A DNA stretch of 64,000 nt from Candidatus Omnitrophota bacterium (lineage in GTDB: Bacteria > Omnitrophota > Gorgyraeia > S143-82). The stretch is from assembly GCA_015494465.1 (NCBI GenBank), contig WGBD01000007.1:3009-67008 (forward strand), given 5' to 3'. Of this stretch, positions 18,868 to 27,190 are shown in pieces (within the stretch, counting starts at the first letter, position 1; each line of letters begins with the position of its first letter). Position numbers and translations under genes: made by a program. The notes below the pieces were generated by a model, which saw nothing but the letters and a program-made list of their open reading frames with translations, had not been told where the DNA came from and searched no databases.

Positions 18868-19473
18868 ATGAAGGCCTTGGTGGTGGTCGATGTGCAGAAC
18901 GACTTTATACCCGGCGGGGCCTTGCCGGTGCCCCGAGGAGACGAGGTAGTAGCGGTGATAAACCAACTGATGCCAAGGTTTGATCTGGTCGTGGCAACCC
19001 AGGATTGGCACCCCAAGAATCACCTGAGCTTTGCCTCCAACCATCTGGGGAAAAAGGCCTTTGAGACCGTAGACCTCAACGGTATCCCCCAAACCCTATG
19101 GCCGGATCACTGCGTCCAAGGCACCTCGGGGGCGGACTTCGTGAAAGGTCTGGACCTACGCCCAATACAGGCCATATTCAGGAAAGGGACTGACCCGGAG
19201 GTGGACAGTTACAGCGGTTTCTACGACAACGGCGGGAAGACCACCGGTATGGCGGGCTATCTGAGGGAAAGGGGCGCAAAGGAGATATATGTAGTAGGAC
19301 TGGCGGGAGACTACTGCGTCTACTACACCGCCAAAGACGGGCTGAAAGAGGGATTTACTACCTACCTAATAGAAGACGCCACCCGCTCGTTAGACGAGGA
19401 AAACTTTGCCCGTATCAAGCAAGAACTCACCTCTGCGGGGGCAAGGATAATAACCTCAAAGGATCTGGAATAG
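18868..19473 (+). CDS. pncA: Nicotinamidase / isochorismatase-family hydrolase
   Basis: 201 aa. N-terminal VVVDVQNDF and the catalytic Cys region. Adjacent downstream of pncB. Confidence 0.85.
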   Translation: MKALVVVDVQNDFIPGGALPVPRGDEVVAVINQLMPRFDLVVATQDWHPKNHLSFASNHLGKKAFETVDLNGIPQTLWPDHCVQGTSGADFVKGLDLRPIQAIFRKGTDPEVDSYSGFYDNGGKTTGMAGYLRERGAKEIYVVGLAGDYCVYYTAKDGLKEGFTTYLIEDATRSLDEENFARIKQELTSAGARIITSKDLE

Positions 19474-19475
19474 GC

Positions 19476-20183
19476 TTACACCCGCCTGCGTCTGAACAGG
19501 AGAAGTGGCAGGCCCGTTAGCAATAGGGCCCCGCTCGCGGGCTCGGGCACCATCGCCGGAAAGCGGAATTCGTCGTATCCGGTGATGGATATGTCGTCGA
19601 AGTAGAAGACGCTATCTTTCTTGAAGTCGGTATCAATGACCACCCTCGGGCGGAAGTTGTAATGGCTGGTCATCCTGAAGATCCCGTAAACGAACTGCCA
19701 TCCCGGGGTACGGGGATCCGCCAGAAGATTATCGTTGTTAGGCTCGCCGTTCAGCCCGGTACAATAAATGTCGCTTAGATCAAGGTACACATGACCGGCT
19801 ATGGCCTTGGGGAAGTATACAAAACCGCTCACCACCACTTCAAATGGCTCGGACCAACTGGTGTAAGGCCCAACGGCAGCAACGCCCCAAGGTTTATCGT
19901 TATCAATCTTGGTGTGCATCCTAAACGCGTAATCCCCAAAGGCCACTGCGTCACTGCTGACCGACAGATCTGCCATGTAAGATACATTTATGTACCAGTG
20001 ATTGGTCGTCCCCTCCTCTGCGCCACCGTTCTTCACCACCGTCCAGTAACCGTCCCCGATCGCAGAGGGATCGATCCCGGTGATCAAACCCGAGTCAAGG
20101 CGGTAGAGGGCGGACGAACCTACTTCGGGAAACGAAACTAGGACGAAAACCGCCATTACCAAGAACCACTTAACCCTACCCAC
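19476..20183 (-). CDS. Secreted PEP-CTERM sorting-domain protein
   Basis: 235 aa. GTG start after AGGAGG. Signal peptide. The C-terminus VPEPASGALLLTGLPLLLFRRRRV is the VPEP + TM + Arg-cluster exosortase sorting signal. Confidence 0.7.
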   Translation of the reverse strand: MGRVKWFLVMAVFVLVSFPEVGSSALYRLDSGLITGIDPSAIGDGYWTVVKNGGAEEGTTNHWYINVSYMADLSVSSDAVAFGDYAFRMHTKIDNDKPWGVAAVGPYTSWSEPFEVVVSGFVYFPKAIAGHVYLDLSDIYCTGLNGEPNNDNLLADPRTPGWQFVYGIFRMTSHYNFRPRVVIDTDFKKDSVFYFDDISITGYDEFRFPAMVPEPASGALLLTGLPLLLFRRRRV

Positions 20184-20276
20184 TCTACTCCTCCTTGTTA
20201 CGAACCCGAACTTACCTTATCTCGTCAGGATAGCACACATCTCATACATATTCAATAAAAACATTTAAAAATGTCG

Positions 20277-21419
20277 TTAATTACTTGGGCGCCTTGCAGC
20301 GCTCAACCGCTTCTGGAGGGTCAGGAGTTCCTGGTGCCTGCGCTCCTTCTCCTTAAGAGGGACATCGTCCTTTAGGGAACTGGCCTTGGTAAACGGACGG
20401 GGGGAGTACTTGAATATGTAAGCGTTGTCAAACCTTATCTCCTCCAGTGCCCTGCGGGTCTTCAAAAAGTCCTCCTCCGTCTCCCCGGGAAAACCCACTA
20501 TGATGTCCGTGCTGAGGTATCCATTGGGGACCAGCGCCCTGTAAGTGGCGATCTTCTCAAGATACTCCTCGTAGGTGTAGCCACGGTTCATCGCCCGCAG
20601 AATGCGATCCGATCCCGACTGCATAGGCAGGTGAAGATATGGCCTTATGTTCTCGTGGCTGGCCATCACCTCGAACAGCCTTCGGTGGGCGTCTTTGGGA
20701 TGGGAGGTGGCAAAGGACAGCTCCCTCACCCCCTCTATGCGGGCCACCCTGTCCAAGAGGTCGGGGAAGTCCATCCCGCCGGCATAGGAGTTCACATTCT
20801 GCCCCAGGAGCATAAAAGAGAAACGCCCTGCGGAGACCAGCATCCTCACCTCTTCCACCACATCCCTCCAAGGCCTGCTCCTCTCCCTGCCCCGGACATA
20901 AGGGACTATGCAATAGGAACAGAAGTTGTCGCATCCCTCCATTACTATAACGAAGGTGGGCTCGGTGCTTTCCCCGGTTGGTACGGTGAAGTAGGCCCCT
21001 CGGGAATAAAACTCATCCGATCTGCGCTCGCCTCCCACGAAGGCCCATCGCCTTTTGGCAGAGACGATGTCCTCCAGGTGCTCCACCAAGGTGTAGAGGT
21101 CGTTGGGGCCACACACCAGATCCAGGTAAGGGGCCTTCTTGAAGGCATCCCCTTTCCACTCCTCGGCCATGCACCCCAACAAACCAAATACCTTCCTCTG
21201 GCCTCTGGACCTGGCACTCTTTGCCAAAAGGCCCAGTATGCTGAAGACCCTATCCTCTGCGTGCTTGCGGACCGCACAGGTGTTAAACAATACTACATCC
21301 GCATCTTCCCAATCGTCCACCAACTCCGCCCCCCGCCGACGCAGGGCCCCTGCCAGGATCTCCGAATCCCGCTTGTTCATCTGACAGCCAAATGTGCGGA
21401 TGTAGACCTTGGTCGGCAT
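20277..21419 (-). CDS. miaB: Radical-SAM methylthiotransferase (MiaB/RimO/MtaB family), no C-terminal TRAM domain
   Basis: MTTase N-domain YIRTFGCQMN and the radical SAM CDNFCSYC motif. Ends about where a TRAM domain would begin. Confidence 0.8.
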   Translation of the reverse strand: MPTKVYIRTFGCQMNKRDSEILAGALRRRGAELVDDWEDADVVLFNTCAVRKHAEDRVFSILGLLAKSARSRGQRKVFGLLGCMAEEWKGDAFKKAPYLDLVCGPNDLYTLVEHLEDIVSAKRRWAFVGGERRSDEFYSRGAYFTVPTGESTEPTFVIVMEGCDNFCSYCIVPYVRGRERSRPWRDVVEEVRMLVSAGRFSFMLLGQNVNSYAGGMDFPDLLDRVARIEGVRELSFATSHPKDAHRRLFEVMASHENIRPYLHLPMQSGSDRILRAMNRGYTYEEYLEKIATYRALVPNGYLSTDIIVGFPGETEEDFLKTRRALEEIRFDNAYIFKYSPRPFTKASSLKDDVPLKEKERRHQELLTLQKRLSAARRPSN

Positions 21420-21482
21420 GGTATCGACCGGAACACCCTCCTCGCAAAACACCTACAGGGGGAATTATAACACCAGATCACT

Positions 21483-22295
21483 CTATCCGAAAGCCACATC
21501 GAGTATCATCATGACCAGAAAACCGAGGATAAATCCCCCGGTGGAGAGTTCGGTATGGTGATTGCGCTGGGATTCGGGGATCACCTCCTCCACCACTACG
21601 AACACCATCGCCCCGGCTGCAAAGGCCAAGGCGTAAGGCAACAGCGGTTTGGCCAGAAGGACTGCCCCTGCACCGATAACCGCTGAGATGGGTTCGACTA
21701 CACCCGAAAGCTGTCCATACCAGAAGCTCCTTAGCCGGGATAACCCCTCCCGCCGGAGGGCAATCGCGACCGCGAAGCCCTCAGGGAAATTCTGTATACC
21801 TATACCGACTGCAAGGGCAATGGCCCCCGCAAGGCTCGCCTCTGGCAGACCGGCCGAAACCGATCCGAACGCCACCCCGACCGCCAACCCCTCGGGGATG
21901 TTGTGCAAGGTAATGGCCAGGACCAAGAGGGTACTCCTCTGCCAGGAGGTCTTTACCCCTTCTGCCTCTTCCCGAGGATAACCGATGTGCAGGTGGGGTA
22001 GCACCTTGTCGATCAAGCGCAGGAATCCCGCCCCTAACAGAAACCCCACCGCAGGGGGAAACCAGGACCCAATGGGATGATTGCCCGACATCTCTATTGC
22101 TGGGGCAAGGAGGGACCAGAAGCTGGCCGCCACCATCACCCCTCCCGCAAAGCCCAGCATGGTATCCAGGAGCCTTTGGTCGAACTTTTTGGCGGTAAAT
22201 ACCGCACCTGCTCCTAGGCCAGTAACCCCCCAGGTGAAGATCCCGGCGATTAGGGCCTGAAGGATAGGACCTCGTTCGCTAAACCAGTCCGGCAT
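21483..22295 (-). CDS. zupT: ZIP-family zinc/metal transporter
   Basis: 270 aa, about 8 TM helices. HNIPEGLAVG and QNFPEGFAVA are the ZIP signature motifs. Confidence 0.85.
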   Translation of the reverse strand: MPDWFSERGPILQALIAGIFTWGVTGLGAGAVFTAKKFDQRLLDTMLGFAGGVMVAASFWSLLAPAIEMSGNHPIGSWFPPAVGFLLGAGFLRLIDKVLPHLHIGYPREEAEGVKTSWQRSTLLVLAITLHNIPEGLAVGVAFGSVSAGLPEASLAGAIALAVGIGIQNFPEGFAVAIALRREGLSRLRSFWYGQLSGVVEPISAVIGAGAVLLAKPLLPYALAFAAGAMVFVVVEEVIPESQRNHHTELSTGGFILGFLVMMILDVAFG

Positions 22296-22382
22296 CTCTA
22301 GCTCCCCAAGATCTAACTAATGTTACTACACAAAGAGGGAGACGCCCAAACGAAATCAGACGCCTCCCTCTCCGCGTACGGA

Positions 22383-22934
22383 CTACTTTAAGAACTTCCC
22401 CACGAAGGGAGAAGATTCCCCCCTGCGCAAGAAATGGCCGGAGGGCCCTTCCCCGAGGAACTCAGAGAACCAGGACTCGTGTTCTATCTCCTCGTTGAGG
22501 ATGGCCGAGACCAGCTCGTAGGTCCTGTGGTCCTTACCTATAGTCATCTTGCAGAGCTCGTTGTAGCCGTACACCGCACATCGCTCTGCCTTTACCAGGA
22601 CCTCCAAGATGGCCTTTACATCGGTAGGATCTTTGGGCAGATTTGCCGGCGGACAGGCAGAAAGATCGTGGAACTCCTTCATGCAATCGGGCAACCTGCC
22701 TCCCAGCTCGTAAATACGAGGAACGAGGGCCTCGAAGTGATTGCGATCCTCTATCCTAGCGGTTTCTGCTATCTCCTTCAATCCCTCCCCTTCCAAACCG
22801 ATCAGGTTGGCCCTAAGGATGGTGTAATAGTAATAGGTAGTCAACTCCGCAGAGGCATTCCTGATCAGTAGATCCAACAACCTATCAACATCCACACCTG
22901 CCTTTTTGACGATGTCGATTGCGACCTTTGCCAT
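22383..22934 (-). CDS. Ferritin-like diiron protein (Dps-like/bacterioferritin-like)
   Basis: 183 aa. Two E-x-x-H metal-ligand helices (EDRNHFEAL, EEIEHESWF). AGGAGGTAAGAAG SD before the ATG. Confidence 0.55.
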   Translation of the reverse strand: MAKVAIDIVKKAGVDVDRLLDLLIRNASAELTTYYYYTILRANLIGLEGEGLKEIAETARIEDRNHFEALVPRIYELGGRLPDCMKEFHDLSACPPANLPKDPTDVKAILEVLVKAERCAVYGYNELCKMTIGKDHRTYELVSAILNEEIEHESWFSEFLGEGPSGHFLRRGESSPFVGKFLK

Positions 22935-23041
22935 CTTCTTACCTCCTCTTGATCACTAGCTCACACTCTAACCCTAACCCGTGTAGACTCTAACTTTAAC
23001 TCACTCCTACCACCTCCTTCCTTAATCGTATTATATACTAA

Positions 23042-23062
23042 ATAGTAATCATTACTGATTAT
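23042..23062. promoter_or_regulatory. Fur/Zur-type box, perfect 6-1-6 inverted repeat AGTAATcATTACT, in the ferritin-like gene promoter region
   Basis: Core TAATnATTA as in the 7-1-7 Fur/PerR/Zur box family. Lies about 110-130 nt upstream of the ferritin-like ATG, next to TATAAT/TAGACA promoter-like hexamers. Confidence 0.55.
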
Positions 23063-23076
23063 TGTCTAAAAAAATT

Positions 23077-23511
23077 TCACTTCCTACACTTAAGGCATAT
23101 ACCCTCCAGGACCACCCTCTTCCCTACGACCAACCCGTACTTGCGCACGACTTCGGGTAAGGGAAGCTCGTCGTAGGAATCACAATGGAAGTCGTAGATA
23201 GCGTGGCACTTAAGACACCTAAAGTGATGGTGCTGGTCGAGGTTGGGCTCAAACCGTCTGTCTTCTCCGTAACCTTCCACCAACTTCGCTATCCCTATCT
23301 CTGAGAATAAGTGCAGGGTACGGTAGACGGTATCGAACGAGATGTTAGGCAGTTTCCTTCGCACCCGCTTGTAGATAGCGTCTGCGGTAGGATGGTCCTT
23401 TGCTCGCATAAGTTCCTCGTAGATAATCCTGCGTTGAGGAGTAATCTTCAGGCCGTGCTCTGCGCACTTTTGGTAAAAGTCTTCCATTGTAGCTTGCCCT
23501 GTTTTCTTCAT
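23077..23511 (-). CDS. fur: Fur-family metalloregulator (Fur/Zur/PerR)
   Basis: Winged-helix N-domain (LKITPQRRIIYEEL, H-x-SAE-like TADAIY). C-terminal HHHFRC..C and C-x-x-C metal sites. Start moved to MKKTG because a perfect TTGACA-17-TATAGT promoter lies inside the longer ORF. Confidence 0.85.
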   Translation of the reverse strand: MKKTGQATMEDFYQKCAEHGLKITPQRRIIYEELMRAKDHPTADAIYKRVRRKLPNISFDTVYRTLHLFSEIGIAKLVEGYGEDRRFEPNLDQHHHFRCLKCHAIYDFHCDSYDELPLPEVVRKYGLVVGKRVVLEGICLKCRK

Positions 23512-23518
23512 AGAAGAT

Positions 23519-23547
23519 ACTATATAGTAATCATTCCTATTTGTCAA
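23519..23547 (-). promoter_or_regulatory. sigma70-type promoter of the fur-family gene (TTGACA-17-TATAGT), apparently leaderless
   Basis: -35 at 23542..23547, -10 at 23519..23524 on the minus strand. The ATG at 23511 is 7 nt downstream of the -10. Confidence 0.55.
23522..23543. promoter_or_regulatory. Fur/Zur-type operator half-palindrome (ATAGTAATCATTCCTAT) overlapping the fur -10/spacer
   Basis: Shares ATAGTAATCATT with the box at 23042..23062. 11/13 match to AGTAATcATTACT. Confidence 0.5.
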
Positions 23548-23601
23548 TATGATTTTCACTTTAGGGTCAGTCGAAACGCAGAATTCGAGGTGTAGAGACT
23601 A

Positions 23602-25902
23602 TTATCCCCGTCTTCTCCGTCCGCAGACCGCTCCCAGTAGTCCTAAGGAAAACAACACCGCGGTAGCAGGTTCAGGAACGACATTGCTGGGTATGCGCTC
23701 CTTTACATAGAGGGAGAACTTATGATCCGTATAGACTGGATCCCAGTACTTATCTGGTCCGAGATCGGGTAGATAGAGGTTGTCAAAGAGCCCCGATAGG
23801 CCAACATCGGCGTATATAAGGTCGAAGGCAGAGCCTACCACAGGGCTGAATCCACTCCACAGGTCGACTACGAGATCACCGTTGAGGGTTATAGAGTCAC
23901 CTACATGGAGGTAATCGTAGTTAGTCCCTTGGCCGTATCCTGCTATGTCGAGGAGAAGTGCGGATCCATCCTCTAAGAACAAATCCCCATTTACGGTCAG
24001 CGTACCGGTTAGGCCGGGACCAAATCCTATCCGTATATTGCCGCCGTTTTTATTGTGCACATCCGCATTGATCTGGCCGTAACCGATAATATCTGCGTAG
24101 TCGTAGACATCGTGGGCGTCTATCCTGCCCCCCTTGAGATTAATTCGTCCACCGGGCCAGATTATCACCTCATCGGAGACATTGAGATAACCACTGGAGG
24201 CCAAGTCGTAAACACCTCTCTCCCCGATTACCACCCGACCAGCGTGATTGGTTCCGGCGGTGTGAGTAAAGTGTCCACCTATCTTTTCCATACCAGCGAC
24301 CTCGAGGGTGCCGTTGGAGAGAAGATATGTAGAGGTATGGCTGGGGTTAGACGCCAGGAAGAGATAGCCCCCTACTGACACCATACCTGAATGTTGGCTA
24401 AACTCCGCCTGCCCGTACTTAGCATCACCTACATAAAGATTATGCCCTACCTTTAGCGTTCCTCCCCAAAGATCGTAACTCCCCTTTGCGTTTTCTCCTA
24501 TAGCAGGCCCACGGGCTATAGAAAGGTCACGGTCTACCACCACGCTGGCGCCTTTTTGAACGAAGATACCTTCACCCTTGGCCCCGATCAATGAACTGCT
24601 ACTGCCTCCCTGCAATCCGTGCAGTACCAACACACCATCCCCTGAAAGCTCATACCTACCGAAGGATCCCTCTGCTACCCCAAGCACGAATGTCCTGTTC
24701 ACTACATGCCTACCACCTTCGTTTGAAAAGTAGGCTTTGGAATCCTCTCCATAACCCAAAAAGAGAAAGTCCATCTCGACGGAACTTTTATCCGAAAGGC
24801 TGTAGACACCAACACTACCCTCCTCGTAACCAAGGTAGGCCCAGTCCACGGTGAGAGGATCTTGCGCCCTATGGGCAAAGGTTCCATAACCACCTCGGCC
24901 TCCTAACTTCATACTCACCAAACGAGGAGTACTACCAGAAGGGCCGGTCCAGGTGAACTTCCCATTATTGTAATGATAGCTCCCCCGAGAGGCCTCTCCG
25001 CCTATCTCTGGTCCCAAAAACAAGGAGGCAACCTTATTATCGCCTCCCTCGTGATAAAAGTAGGCATACCCATCGGTGGCGCCTATCCTCTCCTCGGAAG
25101 CGCCATTGTCTCCTAAATCCAAGGTGCCCCCTTCCAGAGAAACCAGACCCTCGTCCACCAAGACATTCGGGGAAGAAGGGTCCCCTATTCGCAACAACCC
25201 ACCCGACTCTATAAGTGAGCCGTAATGGCGCACCTCCAGACTCCCCACACGCATCTCGCCGTTTGCCAAGCGCAACGATCCGGTATTTCCAAGGGTACTA
25301 GACTCCGCCCCGACTACTACATCGGCATCCGATCCCTCAAACAGACCACCTTCTTGATAGTACCTCGCCAAAGAGAACGAACTACGAGGAGTATTCCCTA
25401 TAGACATCGATTCCGTACAGGAAAGCTTGGTGTCTGGACCGATCATGGAAAACACACCACCCATCTCTACATCCAGAGATTTGGTTGCGTAATAACCCTG
25501 TTGAAAGGAGATCCCGGCTCGACCTGCTCCACCGACTTTTGTAGACCTAAACCACAAGATGTTTCCGAGAGGGCTATAATTTATCCTCAGAAAGACCGGG
25601 AAAAGTCCGCTTCCTTGGGAATTCATGTTCAAGGAGTTGTAGTTCGAAGCGGAGGACTGCCAGGTACTATAGAACACCTCATAATAATAGGGCGACAATC
25701 CTATTATGTACACATCCGATCCATTGGGAGGCACCCCTCGCAGAGAAGGTCCGTGGATCCAATTGTCGCCGTTGTGCCAATCCTTGTCCCCAGCCGAACC
25801 CGTCCAGTAATAATCTTCCGCATAGGAAGAGAAAAACGGAAACAACACCAGGGTGGAAATCGCGATCAACGAGGCAGAGAGCTTTCTAATTATCATACCC
25901 AA
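23602..25902 (-). CDS. Large secreted beta-helix/autotransporter-like repeat protein with a PEP-CTERM anchor
   Basis: 766 aa. Signal peptide. Gly/Ser/Asn-rich repeats (TGTLTVNGDLFLEDGSALLLD, pertactin-like). The C-terminus is VPEPATAVLFSLGLLGAVCGRRRRG. Confidence 0.75.
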   Translation of the reverse strand: MGMIIRKLSASLIAISTLVLFPFFSSYAEDYYWTGSAGDKDWHNGDNWIHGPSLRGVPPNGSDVYIIGLSPYYYEVFYSTWQSSASNYNSLNMNSQGSGLFPVFLRINYSPLGNILWFRSTKVGGAGRAGISFQQGYYATKSLDVEMGGVFSMIGPDTKLSCTESMSIGNTPRSSFSLARYYQEGGLFEGSDADVVVGAESSTLGNTGSLRLANGEMRVGSLEVRHYGSLIESGGLLRIGDPSSPNVLVDEGLVSLEGGTLDLGDNGASEERIGATDGYAYFYHEGGDNKVASLFLGPEIGGEASRGSYHYNNGKFTWTGPSGSTPRLVSMKLGGRGGYGTFAHRAQDPLTVDWAYLGYEEGSVGVYSLSDKSSVEMDFLFLGYGEDSKAYFSNEGGRHVVNRTFVLGVAEGSFGRYELSGDGVLVLHGLQGGSSSSLIGAKGEGIFVQKGASVVVDRDLSIARGPAIGENAKGSYDLWGGTLKVGHNLYVGDAKYGQAEFSQHSGMVSVGGYLFLASNPSHTSTYLLSNGTLEVAGMEKIGGHFTHTAGTNHAGRVVIGERGVYDLASSGYLNVSDEVIIWPGGRINLKGGRIDAHDVYDYADIIGYGQINADVHNKNGGNIRIGFGPGLTGTLTVNGDLFLEDGSALLLDIAGYGQGTNYDYLHVGDSITLNGDLVVDLWSGFSPVVGSAFDLIYADVGLSGLFDNLYLPDLGPDKYWDPVYTDHKFSLYVKERIPSNVVPEPATAVLFSLGLLGAVCGRRRRG

Positions 25903-26274
25903 CCTCCTTTATTTCCAAGACGATACGATCCAAACTTAATCCATTTCTTGCAAAAAAGATTCCAATCTGCAAAATTCCTCCTCTCTTATAGAACGATCAA
26001 CTCCCAAGCCCACCCTAGAAAGAGGAAACAATGTGCAACTGCTTAAACTGCAACGAATTGGAAGGATAACCTCGGGATTAAACAGGGTGGAGAGAAAAGG
26101 GGGCTCGGCGGCCAACCCTCATTTCCACGCCCACCAAAACCCACCTCACTGTAAATAAAGTTTACACCAATGACAAAAAAGTGGACAGTTCAACCACCCT
26201 ATGAGACAGATTCTTTCTGGAAGATTTCGTCTCGCGAGGCGTGGGATGGCAAGCGAAAGGGGAGTGATTGTTCG

Positions 26275-27177
26275 TCAGGTATACGGGAAGGATTCACCGG
26301 TAAGGCGCTCGTAGATCTCTATGTACCTGTCCCGGGTGGCCTTGACCACTTCTTCAGGCAGTTCCGGACCGGGAGGGGTCTTGTCCCAGTCGAGGGAGTT
26401 TAGGTAGTCTCGCACGAACTGCTTATCAAAGCTCTTCTGTGGTCTGCCTACCTCGTAATCGTCGAGGTACCAGAAACGCGAGGAATCGGGCGTAAGGACC
26501 TCGTCTACGAGGTACACCTCCCCGCGTTCATCCACCCCGAACTCGAACTTGGTATCCGCTATGATGATCCCCCTGCTCAGGGCGTAGTCGTGGGCCTTGG
26601 AGTAGAGTTTGAGGCTCAGGTCCCTGATCCTGTTAGCCAAGTCCGCCCCTATCAACCGCTCCACCTCTCTGAAATCTATCTCTTCGTCGTGCCCCTCTTT
26701 GGCCTTGGTAGTGGGGGTGAATATCGGCTCGCTCAACCTCTCGGACTCCCTCAAACCGGGGGGCAACTTCACCCCGCTGACCTCACCTCTTTCTTTATAG
26801 GAGCGCCATCCCGAACCAGTAATGTATCCCCTGACGATGCACTCCACCGGTATCACCTCGTACTTCTTCGCCAGCATGACCCGACCAACTAGGTCGGATT
26901 CGTGCTCTCTCAATTCGGGAAACATCCAAGATACGGTGCTGGCGTAGGAGGAGACGAGGTGGTGGTCTACATCTTGGGAGAAGAAATCGAACCAGAACCT
27001 GCTCATCAAGGTCAATATCCTGCCCTTGTCGGGTATGGAAGTGGGGAGGATTACATCAAAGGCGGATATCCTGTCGGTGGCTACCAAGAGGAGGTAATCC
27101 CCGAGATCGTAGACATCCCGCACCTTGCCCCGGCGCAGTTGTCCAACTGGGAGATTGGTTTCTCTCAACACGGGCAT
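26275..27177 (-). CDS. purC: Phosphoribosylaminoimidazole-succinocarboxamide synthase
   Basis: SAICAR synthetase motifs GKVRDVY, DRISAFD and IIADTKFEFG. Start set at MPVLRE, downstream of the etfA stop. Confidence 0.9.
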   Translation of the reverse strand: MPVLRETNLPVGQLRRGKVRDVYDLGDYLLLVATDRISAFDVILPTSIPDKGRILTLMSRFWFDFFSQDVDHHLVSSYASTVSWMFPELREHESDLVGRVMLAKKYEVIPVECIVRGYITGSGWRSYKERGEVSGVKLPPGLRESERLSEPIFTPTTKAKEGHDEEIDFREVERLIGADLANRIRDLSLKLYSKAHDYALSRGIIIADTKFEFGVDERGEVYLVDEVLTPDSSRFWYLDDYEVGRPQKSFDKQFVRDYLNSLDWDKTPPGPELPEEVVKATRDRYIEIYERLTGESFPYT

Positions 27178-27190
27178 CTCGCCTCGCGGT

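Noticed and set aside
22296-22382. Hairpin AGAGGGAGACGCC..N16..CGCCTCCCTCT between the ferritin-like gene and zupT as a terminator
   Set aside because: The stem is reasonable (about 10 bp with a mismatch), but only a weak U-tract follows on the transcribed strand. It could be an attenuator or processing site. It is not confident enough to list as a feature.
26042-26080. 12-codon Cys-rich plus-strand mini-ORF (MCNCLNCNELEG) with AGAGGA SD in the PEP-CTERM upstream region
   Set aside because: It is too short, sits on the otherwise almost empty strand, and nothing supports its conservation. It is probably chance, and is noted only because of the CxC..C pattern.
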